From Octopus sinensis (Eukaryota): a DNA stretch of 64,000 bases. Where the stretch lies: assembly GCF_006345805.1 (NCBI RefSeq), contig NC_043003.1, positions 85,374,001 to 85,438,000 on the forward strand. The letters run 5' to 3'. Below are positions 27,242 to 39,461 of this stretch, piece by piece. The notes beneath the pieces are model-generated. The model made no database searches. It had not been told where the DNA came from and worked only from the letters and a program-made list of their open reading frames with translations. Each line of letters starts with the position of its first letter. The first letter of the stretch is position 1. A program made the translations under genes and the position numbers.

Positions 27242-27622
27242 TATGTATTACATTCAAGCATGCTGTGGATCTTAGCTTTTGACCATATGCGTCTCCTGGT
27301 TTTTAGCTACTAGCGTTATATGTGTGAATGCAACAGTCCGACACGTTAGTCTCAGTATTCATTGATATTTTGACGCGGTTAAAGAGGGCTATGAGTGTGG
27401 GGTTCTATACCAATAATCGACTAGCAGCTCTTTTCGAGGCGATTATCTGTTCGGCGGTTTGGCAACAGCCGTTAGCAGAATTTCCCAGTTAATATAAATT
27501 TTGGGTGAAATGTTTGCATAGTTCTCACTCCGTAGCTCATTTATCCACTTTGCAACACGGTTGTGTTGTTTGTTTACTTTCCAGATCCCTCCCCCAAAAT
27601 GTATATATGTATTATGTATGTA

Positions 27623-27668
<46 letters not shown>

Positions 27669-27904
27669 GATGGATGATAATTAGTAGCAACAGAAGCAGA
27701 AGCAGCAGTTTTCTGGACATATGTCTGATATTTTTTAGAAACAGCCATGAATGTATCGTCCTTTATAAGCCATAATCAGTAAGTAACCAAAGTTCGGTCG
27801 TAATATATACACTTTGAACATTTGACCTGTCATTCCTGTTTCATAGACTTCATATGACATTCCTGGATATATTCGTTGTAAACAATTGCTTCCTTTCTTT
27901 ACAG

Positions 27905-28012
27905 AAACTCTAAATAAAGTTGAAACTCCAAGCAAAGAGCTTCCTTTACCCGATCAGCAATCAGTTTCGCGAGAAAGCGATCATGGTGAAAACCAAAAAG
28001 AAACACCACACG
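27905..28012 (+). CDS. ABCC5: ABCC5-like exon 9: NBD1-TMD2 linker
   Basis: ttctttacAG|AA...CACG|GTACAT; TLNKVETPSKELPLPDQQSVSRESDHGENQKETPH; 108 nt, phase 1-1. The sequence is poorly conserved and the donor is weak. Confidence 0.68.
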
Positions 28013-29049
28013 GTACATTTTCCTTCTTAAAGTTTTCTTCTTCCCGTTTCTTTTCTCCTTCATTGCATTGGCAGAAGTGAAAGTACGTTGAACAAAATAC
28101 ATTGTGCTCTTTAGTTGTATAACTTTATATTTTCAGTTTAAATACCATCGAAGTTAACTTTATCTTTCATTTTTCGGAGGTCGATAAAATAAATACTAGT
28201 CAAGGCATACGAGTGCTGGCATAGCTGTGTAATCGAGAAGTTCGCTTCACAACTATATGCTTCCTGTTTCGATTTCACTGTGCGGTACATTGTGCGGTTG
28301 TATTTCATCATATCCTTCCTCAGTTGAAATTGTGACGAAGCTCGAGGTATACTGGCGAAAGGTATAGGGGTCGGAGTTAAAACCCAGATGTGTGCGTTGA
28401 AAAAAATGTTTTTAGTATCTATTCTGAGTTACACAGGCACTTTCATATGATACTCGGCAATGGAAATACAGCGAACCGGTGAGTGAGCCGTTAGAGACTC
28501 TTAACCAACGACGTTCACAATTGTTTGATATAAAATTAAAAGTAACTCCCGAAGGTGGATTTAACTGCCTATGCCCTACCCTCAAAATATGAATGCCAAT
28601 GTGTGCGTGCTAGAAACCGTAATTATCATGGTGGACGAGGGCGGTTGATCGCAAAATCGTTTGAGAATAGAAATTACTTTGCAGTATTTCGTCAGAACTG
28701 AGGTCATCTTTGCCTTTCATCCCTCAGAGGTCGCTAAAATAAAGTACCAGTCAAGTACCGGAGTCGATATAACCGACTAACTTCCTCCCCATAAAACAAA
28801 AATTTCTGGCCTTGCGCTTACGTTAGAAACAATTTGTATTATTGTGACTCTCAGAATTTATACAGTTTTGGACAAAATACTCGTCGGTATTTAATCACAG
28901 CCTTTTTCGTTCTGAATTCGAATCCTGCGGAGGTCAACTTCACCTTTCGTCATACTAGTATTGATAAAATTAAGGACTAGACTGTTGCTTGGGGCGATAT
29001 AATCTTTTCTACTCTAGGCACAAGGCTCTAAATTTGGGGGAAAGGTGCC

Positions 29050-29600
29050 AGTCGATTAGATCGAGCCCAGTACGCAACTGGTACTTAATTTATCGACCCC
29101 GAAAGGATGAAAGGCAAAGTCGACCTCGGCGGAATTTGAACTCAGAACGTAACGGCAGACGAAATGTCTCTAAGCATTTTCCCGGCGTGCTAACGATGCT
29201 GTCGATTCGCGGCTATACAATATGGTAACAACAACATCACTATAAATTACACTTTTACGTTCCGAGTTCAAATTCCACCGAGGTCGACTTTGCCTTTCAT
29301 CCTTTCGGGGTCGATTAAATAAGTACCAGTTACGCACTGGGGTAGATATAATCGACTTAATCCGTTTGTCTGTCCTTGTTTGTCCTCTCTGTGTTTAGCC
29401 CCTTGTGGGTAGTAAAGAAATAGGTATTTCGCCCGCTTTTACGTTCCGAGTTCAAATTCCACCGAGGTCGACTTTGCCTTTCATCTTTTAACGTCAACAA
29501 AAATAACAAATACCAGTTGAGTATCAGGACCGATGTAATCGACTTACCCGCTCCTCCCGAACTTGCTGGCCTTGCGCCAAAATTTGAAAACAATATGTTT
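29050..29600. mobile_element. Head-to-head SINE family B copies plus an older B remnant
   Basis: Minus copy at 29050-29210, plus copy from 29255, and a further partial copy from 29425. Confidence 0.82.
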
Positions 29601-29712
29601 TCTTTGATTTTTTTTTTTTTACGCATTTTACTGATTTGATTTGATTTCGCTCTTGCCTTTCTTATTTTGCGTGTTTAATTATTCCTTTTGTTTTATTACC
29701 ATTTCACTTTAG

Positions 29713-29897
29713 ATGGCGGCCTCACAATAAAAGAACAAATCATTATTGACAGTGTACCTCTCTCTGTCTACCAAAGTTATATCAAGGCTGGTGGAGGATG
29801 TTTCTTATTTTTCTTAGTCTTACTAATCTATGGCCTCACATTTGGTTCCATTGTCTTCAGTGACTGGTGGCTTAGCTACTGGATTAACACTTCTTGG
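29713..29897 (+). CDS. ABCC5: ABCC5-like exon 10: first TMD2 helix
   Basis: cactttAG|AT...TGG|GTAAGT; GGLTIKEQ...VYQSYIKAGGG...SDWWLSYWINTSW. Confidence 0.94.
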
Positions 29898-29950
29898 GTA
29901 AGTATAACAACAGAAATTCGCTTTTCAGTTTACTCACCCCCGCGCGCGCG

Positions 29951-29993
<43 letters not shown>

Positions 29994-30544
29994 TCTCTCT
30001 CATACGCACAGAGTCCAAAGGCGGTGGATCGACAGAATCGTTAGAGCGCAGCTGAAATATTACTTAAAGTATTTATTCCGTGTATTTATATTCTAAATCC
30101 AAATCCTATCGATATGAACTTAATTTTTCGTCCTTCAGGAGTAGATGAAATAAAGTACGAGTCAAGTACAGGGGATCGATATAACTGAATGTTTCCTTCT
30201 TGTATGTTAGTGACTAGTACACACGGACCAAAACGATATTGTAACTATATACGATCTTTCTTGCTGGTAAGATTGACTGTTAAACGGAGAGAAGTCTCTT
30301 TGCTGTAGTGATACCTCGGCCATCTGATCTACGGCAGACGCCTGAATTGATTTCGCATGAAGACTTTATCCATTATTTCATATATTATGAACTGTCACTT
30401 ATGCAAATGCAAATGAGTTCATAACTAAGGCAGGTGGGCAAAATGAGTAATTTCTGGTTCCTTGTCATTTTGTCTTTACTTATCAGGAATCATTCCATTG
30501 CAAGTATTGTATCGTTTTGTACTCTTACCTCATCTTCGGGAATA

Positions 30545-31140
30545 AAAATTGGTCAGCATTGTTCTTGTTGAAGATACTTCCTCATCTGCCGTGACCTTGT
30601 GGCATGTGGTCGAACAACACGAGTCATCCGTCATCTCAGCCGGATCTTCAGTGAAGAGAAGACGGTAAGCAGGATGTAACTCAGAAAATCGAGCAACATA
30701 GCCAAAAATTCTAAGCTGGCACTCCCAAATCATACGAGGAACAGGACAAATCCCAATTTCTGAGTCGCTGGTTGGATACTAAATCCAACCAATGGTAGCC
30801 CATAATCCTGCGAAGCACCCTGGTACGAAAAGAGTTCAGGCGGCTCCTAATGGCCTTGAAAAGTGTCCAAGTATAGCAACTATAGAGCTGGGCAGGGAGG
30901 GCCAGAGACCTAAAGACCGAACCTTTGTCCTTCTACACAGATATTGGCAGCATCAAACACCCTATTCTGGTGAGTCCACAACTGCACCAGCTCGTCCAAG
31001 TCTTTTTATGACTTCAGACTCACAATTAATGCCGCTATGAATCTCAGAGCCGAGATGTGTGAAACCATCAACAACTTCGATATTCTCGCCTGCAATAGAG
31101 ACAGGCAAGTGATGAAGCGGAACCACTTGGTCTTATAGTC
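30545..31140 (-). mobile_element. RTE LINE C-terminal fragment
   Basis: Minus strand QLYSCYTWTL...FRTRVLRRIMGY...ECQLRIFGYVARF. Confidence 0.62.
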
Positions 31141-32877
31141 TCTTGGGTCAAGATAGAGATCCAGTCTTTCATTGGCTTCTTGGAGGATTCCGTTTCGTCT
31201 GTTTGTCTCTGTTGTGTCGGTATACCATCCTGACTGGAACTTTATTTTATTGATCCTGATAGGATGAAAGGCAGTTGACCTCGACGAGATTTGATTTCTA
31301 AATATAAAGAGCCAGAAGAAATGCCACTAACCATTGGGTCCTACACGCTAACAATTCTACCAACTTGTTACCTTAAGAAGAACAAGAGAAAGAAGACAAA
31401 GAACAAGGGCCGCAAAACCATTCAGGATTATAAAAAGACAAGGACAGTAGGGATTTACATAAACACGTGTACATCAATACAAAATAATAACAATCAACAA
31501 CAATTATGACAACAAAATCCTTCAATAATGGGAAATGTTACCCAAAGCGATCCATGAATCCAACAGATCTCGAGTCACCCTGCTCACCACGAGTACTATG
31601 ACAAGTTCTCCTCTCTCCTCCGTACTTTTCAGCCTACAGGCGCACGCTTAGGATAGTTCCATCCACATGGGTCATTCTCACTAAATTCACTCACCTTTTA
31701 AAAATTTCCTAGGATTGTGCAGGGGCGAAAATTTTTCCCACGAGAGTTCCGGACCCCAGTTATGAACTCATTTGCATACAGCCAATCAGAACTCACCTTG
31801 ACTATGTCAAGTTAACAAACACTCTACTCAAGATGAAGATGGTTGTTAGTCGACCGACCACCAAGTTGTGCCTGGTTTTAGGAGAAAAGTAATTAGATTT
31901 GCCTCTATACCTATTATCGGATTTTGTTATGGCCCCATGTGGTAAAGATGTGGATGGGAAAAATGTGGGTAGAGGGTGATGTGCTAGCAACCTTCTCCTC
32001 TTACTGTTTTACAAAGTAAACAACAACACAAATAACTATGCAGAGGCAGCCATGGTTAAAAAAGAACAAAAACAGCAAGCATTATTAAAAGAGAAAAGAA
32101 ACATGGTCATTCCTTACCCAAGTGACCTAAATTATCGCCCATCACTTGTTATTCGCTCATAAGTTAGTTTGATATTTGAGCTCAAATTGACTGTATGGAA
32201 ATGAGTTCATAACTGGGGTCCGGAACTCTTGTAGGAAAAAAATTTCGCGGGTCGGGGAGACAGTACGTCCCTCTCCGTTCTCACATTCCTTTCCATGTGA
32301 AACTTGAAAGAAAATCAATGAGGCCTTGGCAGAAAAAGAAAGTGTCTGTCTTTAGTCCTTTCAGTCGCGCGAGCTGAAAATATCTTCAGTGGTACTGCCA
32401 GGCCATGGGCCCCAGCCCAAATCTTCTCTGGAAAAGACCAGCCAGTTAATGTTCATCTACACCTAGATTTCCCCAACAACGTCATTGCTCTTATCCATCC
32501 TCTGTAGAACGCAATGGTAGAATATCCACCAACTTGAGTACCTGACTGGCAGAGAACTCTGAGCGCCTGACGGCACTCTGGATCCCAAGTTCACTGACTC
32601 GGACTACGTTTGATCCAGGACTTCAGCTCAATCAAAGAGACGAGTTGCAGAAAAAACGTGTCGAACAAACGGTGCCCTATCCTCAGCTCATGCCAGCACA
32701 TCATTAACCACGGAATACCCAGTTCTCCACTCAACGAACGTTGACAGCATATGAACCGTTTAACCAGCAGAACGCAAGAGAGAGAGCAAGCGTTCCATTC
32801 TCATGGGCCACGAAGCGGAGCGAGATACTACGTTCGTGTCAAGGGGTGATTACCTTAATCTGTTGACCGGTTGGAAA

Positions 32878-33261
32878 TCTCTCTCTATATAAACGGCAGT
32901 TTGTCTGTGCGTGTTTCTGTGTGTCTGTTTGCTTGTACCCTCACCCTGACCACGGCTTTCAACCGATTCTGATGAAACTTGACACACACATAGCCCAATG
33001 TCATAATTCAAAACTAACGCAGCGAAAATTTTGAAAAGTTCCCCCAGTTCTGAAAAAAATCGATAAATTCGACATGTGGTCGAGAATCAGAAACACGGAC
33101 CACAAACTGTCTAGGGGACGCAACTCCACCTTTTTTAAATCTCAAAAAAAATTTACCATCATTTTTTTCCATTTTTTTGCTATTTTTTGGCTATAACTCT
33201 CTAAAAATGCTTTATAGTTATTTCCCTTACAAACCTGAGGAACGCCGGGCGATACTGCTAG
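32878..33261 (+). mobile_element. Non-autonomous Helitron A (384 bp)
   Basis: A|TCTCTCTCTATATAAA 5' end; 3' GC-rich CCTGAGGAACGCCGGG then CTAG|T; no target-site duplication. Confidence 0.82.
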
Positions 33262-35513
33262 TCTATAACTAAAGACGTTCTTTTCACCATTTACTTTTTA
33301 TTTTTCTAATGGTATTTCTAACATAGGCTAAAAGTGACCTTATAGCGGGGTTTGCATTCTGTTACAAGCAGTGTGACTCGGTTTCGGTCTGCCAATAAGT
33401 TCCTCCTTTATTCCTATCATTCTCGGAGGCTCCAGCAAGGTCATGAACGCTGCCCTTTGACCCATGTACTTGACTAGTACTTTAAAAGAATTTGACTTAG
33501 TAACACGTACCGTGCTTTTACTAAATATCTTACGTGCCTATGTTGTTGCGAACAGACATAGACATCCCCCCACCTTTTCACTCTCTCACCCTTGGTCAAG
33601 CGGAATATCCAGGATGTGACAGCTGCACCAGCATCTAGCTTGTACTCATTACAGCTTAATAGAATGAAGCAACATGAAATAAAGTATTTTGCTGAAGGAC
33701 GTAATATCTGGATTCAATTCATTTTAGGTTGCTAGTACAACACACACACTGTAAACGGGACAGCTGACAATCTGTCACTAGTGTTAACCTCTAGTAGCCT
33801 AAGTGCCCCCGGTACTCATTTTCAGTTGAGTGTACAAGTACAACGTGAAACGAAATACCTTGCTCAATGACACAACGCACCGACCCGTCAGAGAAAAGAA
33901 TTCATAAGCTAACGATCCTGAGTTCCATACGCTAACCACCGATCCCGCGCCTTCACTGTTGGTATTTTATTAAAGCGATAATAGTATTTTTTTGAATGGT
34001 CCTATTAAATATCGCAGAATAATTTGTCCGTCGCTTTTATCGATTCCACCATACTCTCTAGGTAGTTCTTTAATATATTTTTATCCATTTTAGCTAAGAC
34101 TTTCTCTTGATAAATCTTTATATATAAAAGTAAGGTTGTGTGTCTGTCTACTCCGATTTAGATTCCTAACTACTCCCACATTTTGCGGTGCAGTTTAACC
34201 AAAACCGGGTATCTTATAGTCGTGATTCATATCGAGCCCTTCTGGGTATTAACGCGCGTCTACGATGAGTCTACGATTTTAAAAATAATTTACCATAATT
34301 TTTTTCCATTTTTAATGCATTTTCTTTGCTATTATATAAGGGAAGTAACTCTCTAAAAATGCTTTATAGTTATTTCCCTTACAAACCTGAGGAACGCCGG
34401 GCGATACTGCTAGTCTATAACTAAAGACGTTCTTTTCACCATTTACTTTTTATTTTTCTAATGGTATTTCTAACATAGGCTAAAAGTGACCTTATAGCGG
34501 GGTTTGCATTCTGTTACAAGCAGTGTGACTCGGTTTCGGTCTGCCAATAAGTTCCTCCTTTATTCCTATCATTCTCGGAGGCTCCAGCAAGGGTCATGAA
34601 CGCTGCCCTTTGACCCATGTACTTGACTAGTACTTTAAAAGAATTTGACTTAGTAACACGTACCGTGCTTTTACTAAATATCTTACGTGCCTATGTTGTT
34701 GCGAACAGACATAGACATCCCCCCACCTTTTCACTCTCTCACCCTTGGTCAAGCGGAATATCCAGGATGTGACAGCTGCACCAGCATCTAGCTTGTACTC
34801 ATTACAGCTTAATAGAATGAAGCAACATGAAATAAAGTATTTTGCTGAAGGACGTAATATCTGGATTCAATTCATTTTAGGTTGCTAGTACAACACACAC
34901 ACTGTAAACGGGACAGCTGACAATCTGTCACTAGTGTTAACCTCTAGTAGCCTAAGTGCCCCCGGTACTCATTTTCAGTTGAGTGTACAAGTACAACGTG
35001 AAACGAAATACCTTGCTCAATGACACAACGCACCGACCCGTCAGAGAAAAGAATTCATAAGCTAACGATCCTGAGTTCCATACGCTAACCACCGATCCCG
35101 CGCCTTCACTGTTGGTATTTTATTAAAGCGATAATAGTATTTTTTTGAATGGTCCTATTAAATATCGCAGAATAATTTGTCCGTCGCTTTTATCGATTCC
35201 ACCATACTCTCTAGGTAGTTCTTTAATATATTTTTATCCATTTTAGCTAAGACTTTCTCTTGATAAATCTTTATATATAAAAGTAAGGTTGTGTGTCTGT
35301 CTACTCCGATTTAGATTCCTAACTACTCCCACATTTTGCGGTGCAGTTTAACCAAAACCGGGTATCTTATAGTCGTGATTCATATCGAGCCCTTCTGGGT
35401 ATTAACGCGCGTCTACGATGAGTCTACGATTTTAAAAATAATTTACCATAATTTTTTTCCATTTTAATGCATTTTCTTTGCTATTATATAAGGGAAGTAA
35501 CTCTCTAAAAATG
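33194..35513. repeat. Direct tandem duplication, period 1,152 bp
   Basis: 33194-34345 recurs at 34346-35497; TAACTCTCTAAAAATG at 33194, 34346 and 35498; I saw only two 1-bp indels. Confidence 0.95.
34115..34413 (+). mobile_element. Chimeric Helitron (5' part from B, 3' part from A; 299 bp)
   Basis: A|TCTTTATATATAAAAG start as at 35268; 3' end CCTGAGGAACGCCGGGCGATACTGCTAG|T identical to 33261. Confidence 0.82.
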
Positions 35514-35665
35514 TCTACGATTAGTCAACGATTTTTAAAAAAATTTACCATCATATTTTTTCCATTTTTAATGCATTTTTTTGCTATTTTTTGGCTATAA
35601 CTCTCTAAAAATGCTTTATAGTTATTTCCCTTACAAACCCGAGCAACGCCGGGTGATACTGCTAG
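35268..35665 (+). mobile_element. Non-autonomous Helitron B (398 bp) with an internal ~100-bp duplication
   Basis: A|TC 5' end; CCCGAGCAACGCCGGG hairpin then CTAG|T. Confidence 0.85.
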
Positions 35666-35694
35666 TGTAATATATTTGCCTATCTTTATTGCAG

Positions 35695-36225
35695 AATGCT
35701 ACTGGAATGAAAGAGGGGAGTTTGGAGAATATTACTGATCGTTCAATAACAACTCATTTTTATCTCAATTCAAACGATTCAACATTATCTACACCATACA
35801 TGGGCACAAGCAATTTGATGCCAATAACTGATGAATCCTCGGTTTTTAATGACAGTGCAACGACTGCGATGTTCGATACAGTAACATCAATATACAATGC
35901 AATTACCAATACAACAAATTTGATTGTCACAAATACAACACAAATGTACCAGAATTCAAATACAATTGTCACAAATACAACAGATACGTATAAGAATTCA
36001 GATACCAGTATAACAGATTTGATCTTTAAGCGAAATATATACCAGAACTTAGTCACCAATACAACAGATCCGAACATCTTGGATATAGGAGACATGTCCC
36101 AGAATTCCACACTCAATGCGACATCTGATTATACCAACAGGGATTGGTTTTATCTCGTAGTTTATTCCTCCGTAGCTGTCGTAATACCCGTATTGCTAAT
36201 TTTGAAAGGAATATCACTAGCAACA
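35695..36225 (+). CDS. ABCC5: ABCC5-like exon 11: long T/N/S-rich extracellular loop plus next TM helix
   Basis: ctttattgcAG|AAT...ACA|GTAAGA; 531 nt, open, phase 0-0; ends WFYLVVYSSVAVVIPVLLILKGISLAT, linking the WWLSYW exon to the ASTTIH exon. Confidence 0.85.
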
Positions 36226-36433
36226 GTAAGATTCAAGTATTCTTTTATGTGCACACTCGTATATATATGCCTTTAAACGCACACGCATATTTTCCTTTAT
36301 ACACACAAACATATACCTTAACCAACACACATTCACCTTCACATGTTTATGTGTATGTGAGTGTGTGAGTGTGTGTGTTTATATACATATATACATACAT
36401 ACATGTGTACGAATACACACACATATAATTATA

Positions 36434-36466
<33 letters not shown>

Positions 36467-36489
36467 ATATATATATATATATATGTATG

Positions 36490-36539
<50 letters not shown>

Positions 36540-36589
36540 TGTGTGTGTATGTATGTATGTATGTATGTATGTATATACACAACCCGGTT

Positions 36590-37745
36590 TATCCCCATTT
36601 TGTCGACGGGGTAGCCATACAAGACACACACCAGGCATTCCATTCATTTCCCAGCTCAAAGAGGCGAGCCCCGTCCTATGCTCGGGTCAAGGCAGAGAAC
36701 GCAAACCCCTGTATCAGCAGCGGGGCCCGACAGCATATGCTGGTTTACCCCTGCCGCATCAATTCTGGTTCCGTACCCCTTTGAGCAACATTAAATTCAC
36801 TCATCCGTCCACAAACACTCTCCAAGCTTTCCTATCATTTATAAACTTTCTTGCCTCTCTCACTCCAACACCTCTAACCACCAAAGCTTTCCCCCACTCC
36901 ATCCATCCATACAAACCGAGATCTACCTCTGGTTCTGCTACTTACCACTTCTGCCTTCATCACCTCACTTACCATCCGCTCCTCATCTATCCTCTCCATG
37001 TGGCCAAACTACCTCAAAATTCGTCAATCCATTTTGGTTGTTAGATCTTCTCTCATTCCTGCTCGCCTTCGCACCTCCTCATTCCTCATCCTGTCCATCC
37101 GTGTCACACAAACCTTAGCCCTCAAATACCTAATCTCAAACACATCTAGTCGCCTCCTTTCCGCCTCTCTCAAACCCCCACGTCTCTGCACCATATAACA
37201 TTATCGGCACAATCACGCCTCATACGCACCTCTATTCGCTTTCCTACTCAATCTTTTATCTCACAGTATACCTTGCATAACTCCAAGTATCTTACTCCCC
37301 TCCCTCACTCTATATCCCACTTCTTCATCCAACCCCATCTGTCGTCACATGTGATACCAGATACTTAAAAACACTCACCATTTATACTCACATTCATCCT
37401 ACCAGCCATTCCATCTCTCGAACATTTCAACTTACATTCACTTTCATTTTAACTACATTCACTTTCAGTTTCCACCTCTCACACACTCTTCCAAACTCGA
37501 CCACCAGTCTCCCCAGTTGCTCTTCTGAATCCGCCACCAGTGCTGTATAATCAGCAAACCACTGACTCACCTGCCATTTCTCTTCATTGTCTCCCACCAT
37601 TTGGGCTCCCCTGCCAAAGGTTCTAGCATTCACCTCTCTCACCATACATCCATATATAGATTAAACAACCACAGAGACATCACACAGCCCTGTCTTAACC
37701 CCATCTTCACATCAAGCCACTCACTTCACTACCCACCTAACGCAC
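36590..37745 (-). mobile_element. RTE (BovB-like) LINE 3' fragment, degraded
   Basis: ORF 37427: WFADYTALVADSEEQLGRLVVEFGRVCERWKLKVNV; downstream RMRNEEVRRR and FGHMER; abuts a TACA/CA/TA microsatellite. Confidence 0.78.
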
Positions 37746-38034
37746 GCCCTACATTTTGTGTGTGTGTGTGTACTGAGTGTAAAAAAGCAGCCAGTACACT
37801 TTGTTAAGTGGTTGACTTAGGAAGAGCATCCAGCTGTAGAAACCTTGCCGAAACAGACAGAACCTGGCGGAGCCCTCTGGTTCGTCTGTCCTTGTCGAAA
37901 AGTTCAACCCGTGCCAGCATGGAAAAAAGGACGATGTGTGTGTTTGTGTGTAGTTTGTGTGACGCGTGTATAATGATGTGTGTGTGTAATTTGTGTGACG
38001 CGTGTATAATGATGTGTGTGTGAGTATATATATA

Positions 38035-38163
<129 letters not shown>

Positions 38164-39111
38164 TCCCTTTTTCATACTGGCATGGATTGGACTGTTCGAC
38201 AATGACGAGCCAGGGGGCTCCACCGAGTTCTATGTCTGCTTCGGCATGGTTTCTACGGCTCGATGCTCTTCCTAAGTCAACCACTTAACAAAGTATACTC
38301 GATGCTTTTTTACGTGGCACCAGCACCAGTGAGGTCGCCAAGTACCCGCAAGATAAAACCCTTCAACTGATGCCTACATACTTAAATTTTCACACTAACC
38401 AGGCATTCTGTATATGCCATTCCTGCTTTGTTTGATTGTAACGCGATTGCTATTTACAGCTATGTGAACTGAGCCAGTTATATAATTTGCTGACATTATA
38501 TGAAGATCATCCTTAGATCCGTCCAAACTTCAGGCTGCTTACCTATCCGTTTGACCTGCAGCAAAACACTGCTGTGTCGACTAATAAAGATTCTTCACTA
38601 TTTTACATTAACTCCGTTGATCCAAAGAATGAGTTTCTATGTGACTGCTTGATCAGAGAGAAATAGCAACCAGATTCGTTCAAGTCACACACTACCGTCT
38701 TTAAAACAAAAAGAAGAATACATAGTTTCTGATATGCTAAAAGATGAGTTGGCCATAGATATTGCCTTTAATCATAGATTTGCTTCAGTGGCACTAACCT
38801 GGAGAGTTAATAACTACAGCAGTATTAACTGCATTAAAACCTAACAATTATTTCTGCCTGAAACAAGATACTTACCACATAGGAACTTAATGTATTTTGT
38901 TATTTCGAAAATTTTTTGAGACTGAAATATTTCGTTGCACTTCTGCAACCTCTTCATGGGTATAATTCTACTGCATATATTATTACTTTAACGCGAGATA
39001 TTTACTCGACATTATTCTCTGTTCAACTTACTCCGTTGCAACTGATTTCAAGTAAAAATTGGTTCGTCTTATTACTTAGTTCGTATTTTCTTGCCTTCAT
39101 TTTTTTTTCAG

Positions 39112-39241
39112 CTTACAATGTCTGCTTCTACTACTATACATGATAATATATTCACAAACGTCGTTAGAAGTCCAATGAGCTTCTTTGACAGCAATCCTCC
39201 AGGAAGAATCATGAATAAATTTTCGAAAGAACTAGATGAAG
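39112..39241 (+). CDS. ABCC5: ABCC5-like exon 12: TMD2 intracellular loop
   Basis: ttttttcAG|CTT...GAAG|GTGAAG; LTMSASTTIHDNIFTNVVRSPMSFFDSNPPGRIMNKFSKELDE. Confidence 0.93.
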
Positions 39242-39461
39242 GTGAAGTACCAAAGTAACTTAGTTACAAAATCTTACATTATATTTCAGCGAAGAATGTT
39301 TTACGAAAAACTAAGAAAAATAAAAGGACAACCAAATATCATGGAGCAGACAATATTCTCATGAATATGATTTGGGATGACAAACATACTTAAAATTACA
39401 AAACAATTAGCTAGTTCTAAAACCTCTAAACGGGATATAAGTAGTAACAATACTAAACGGC

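Noticed and set aside
36361-37044. 227-aa ORF, the longest in the track
   Set aside because: Composed of TG/TA repeats plus the antisense strand of an RTE fragment.
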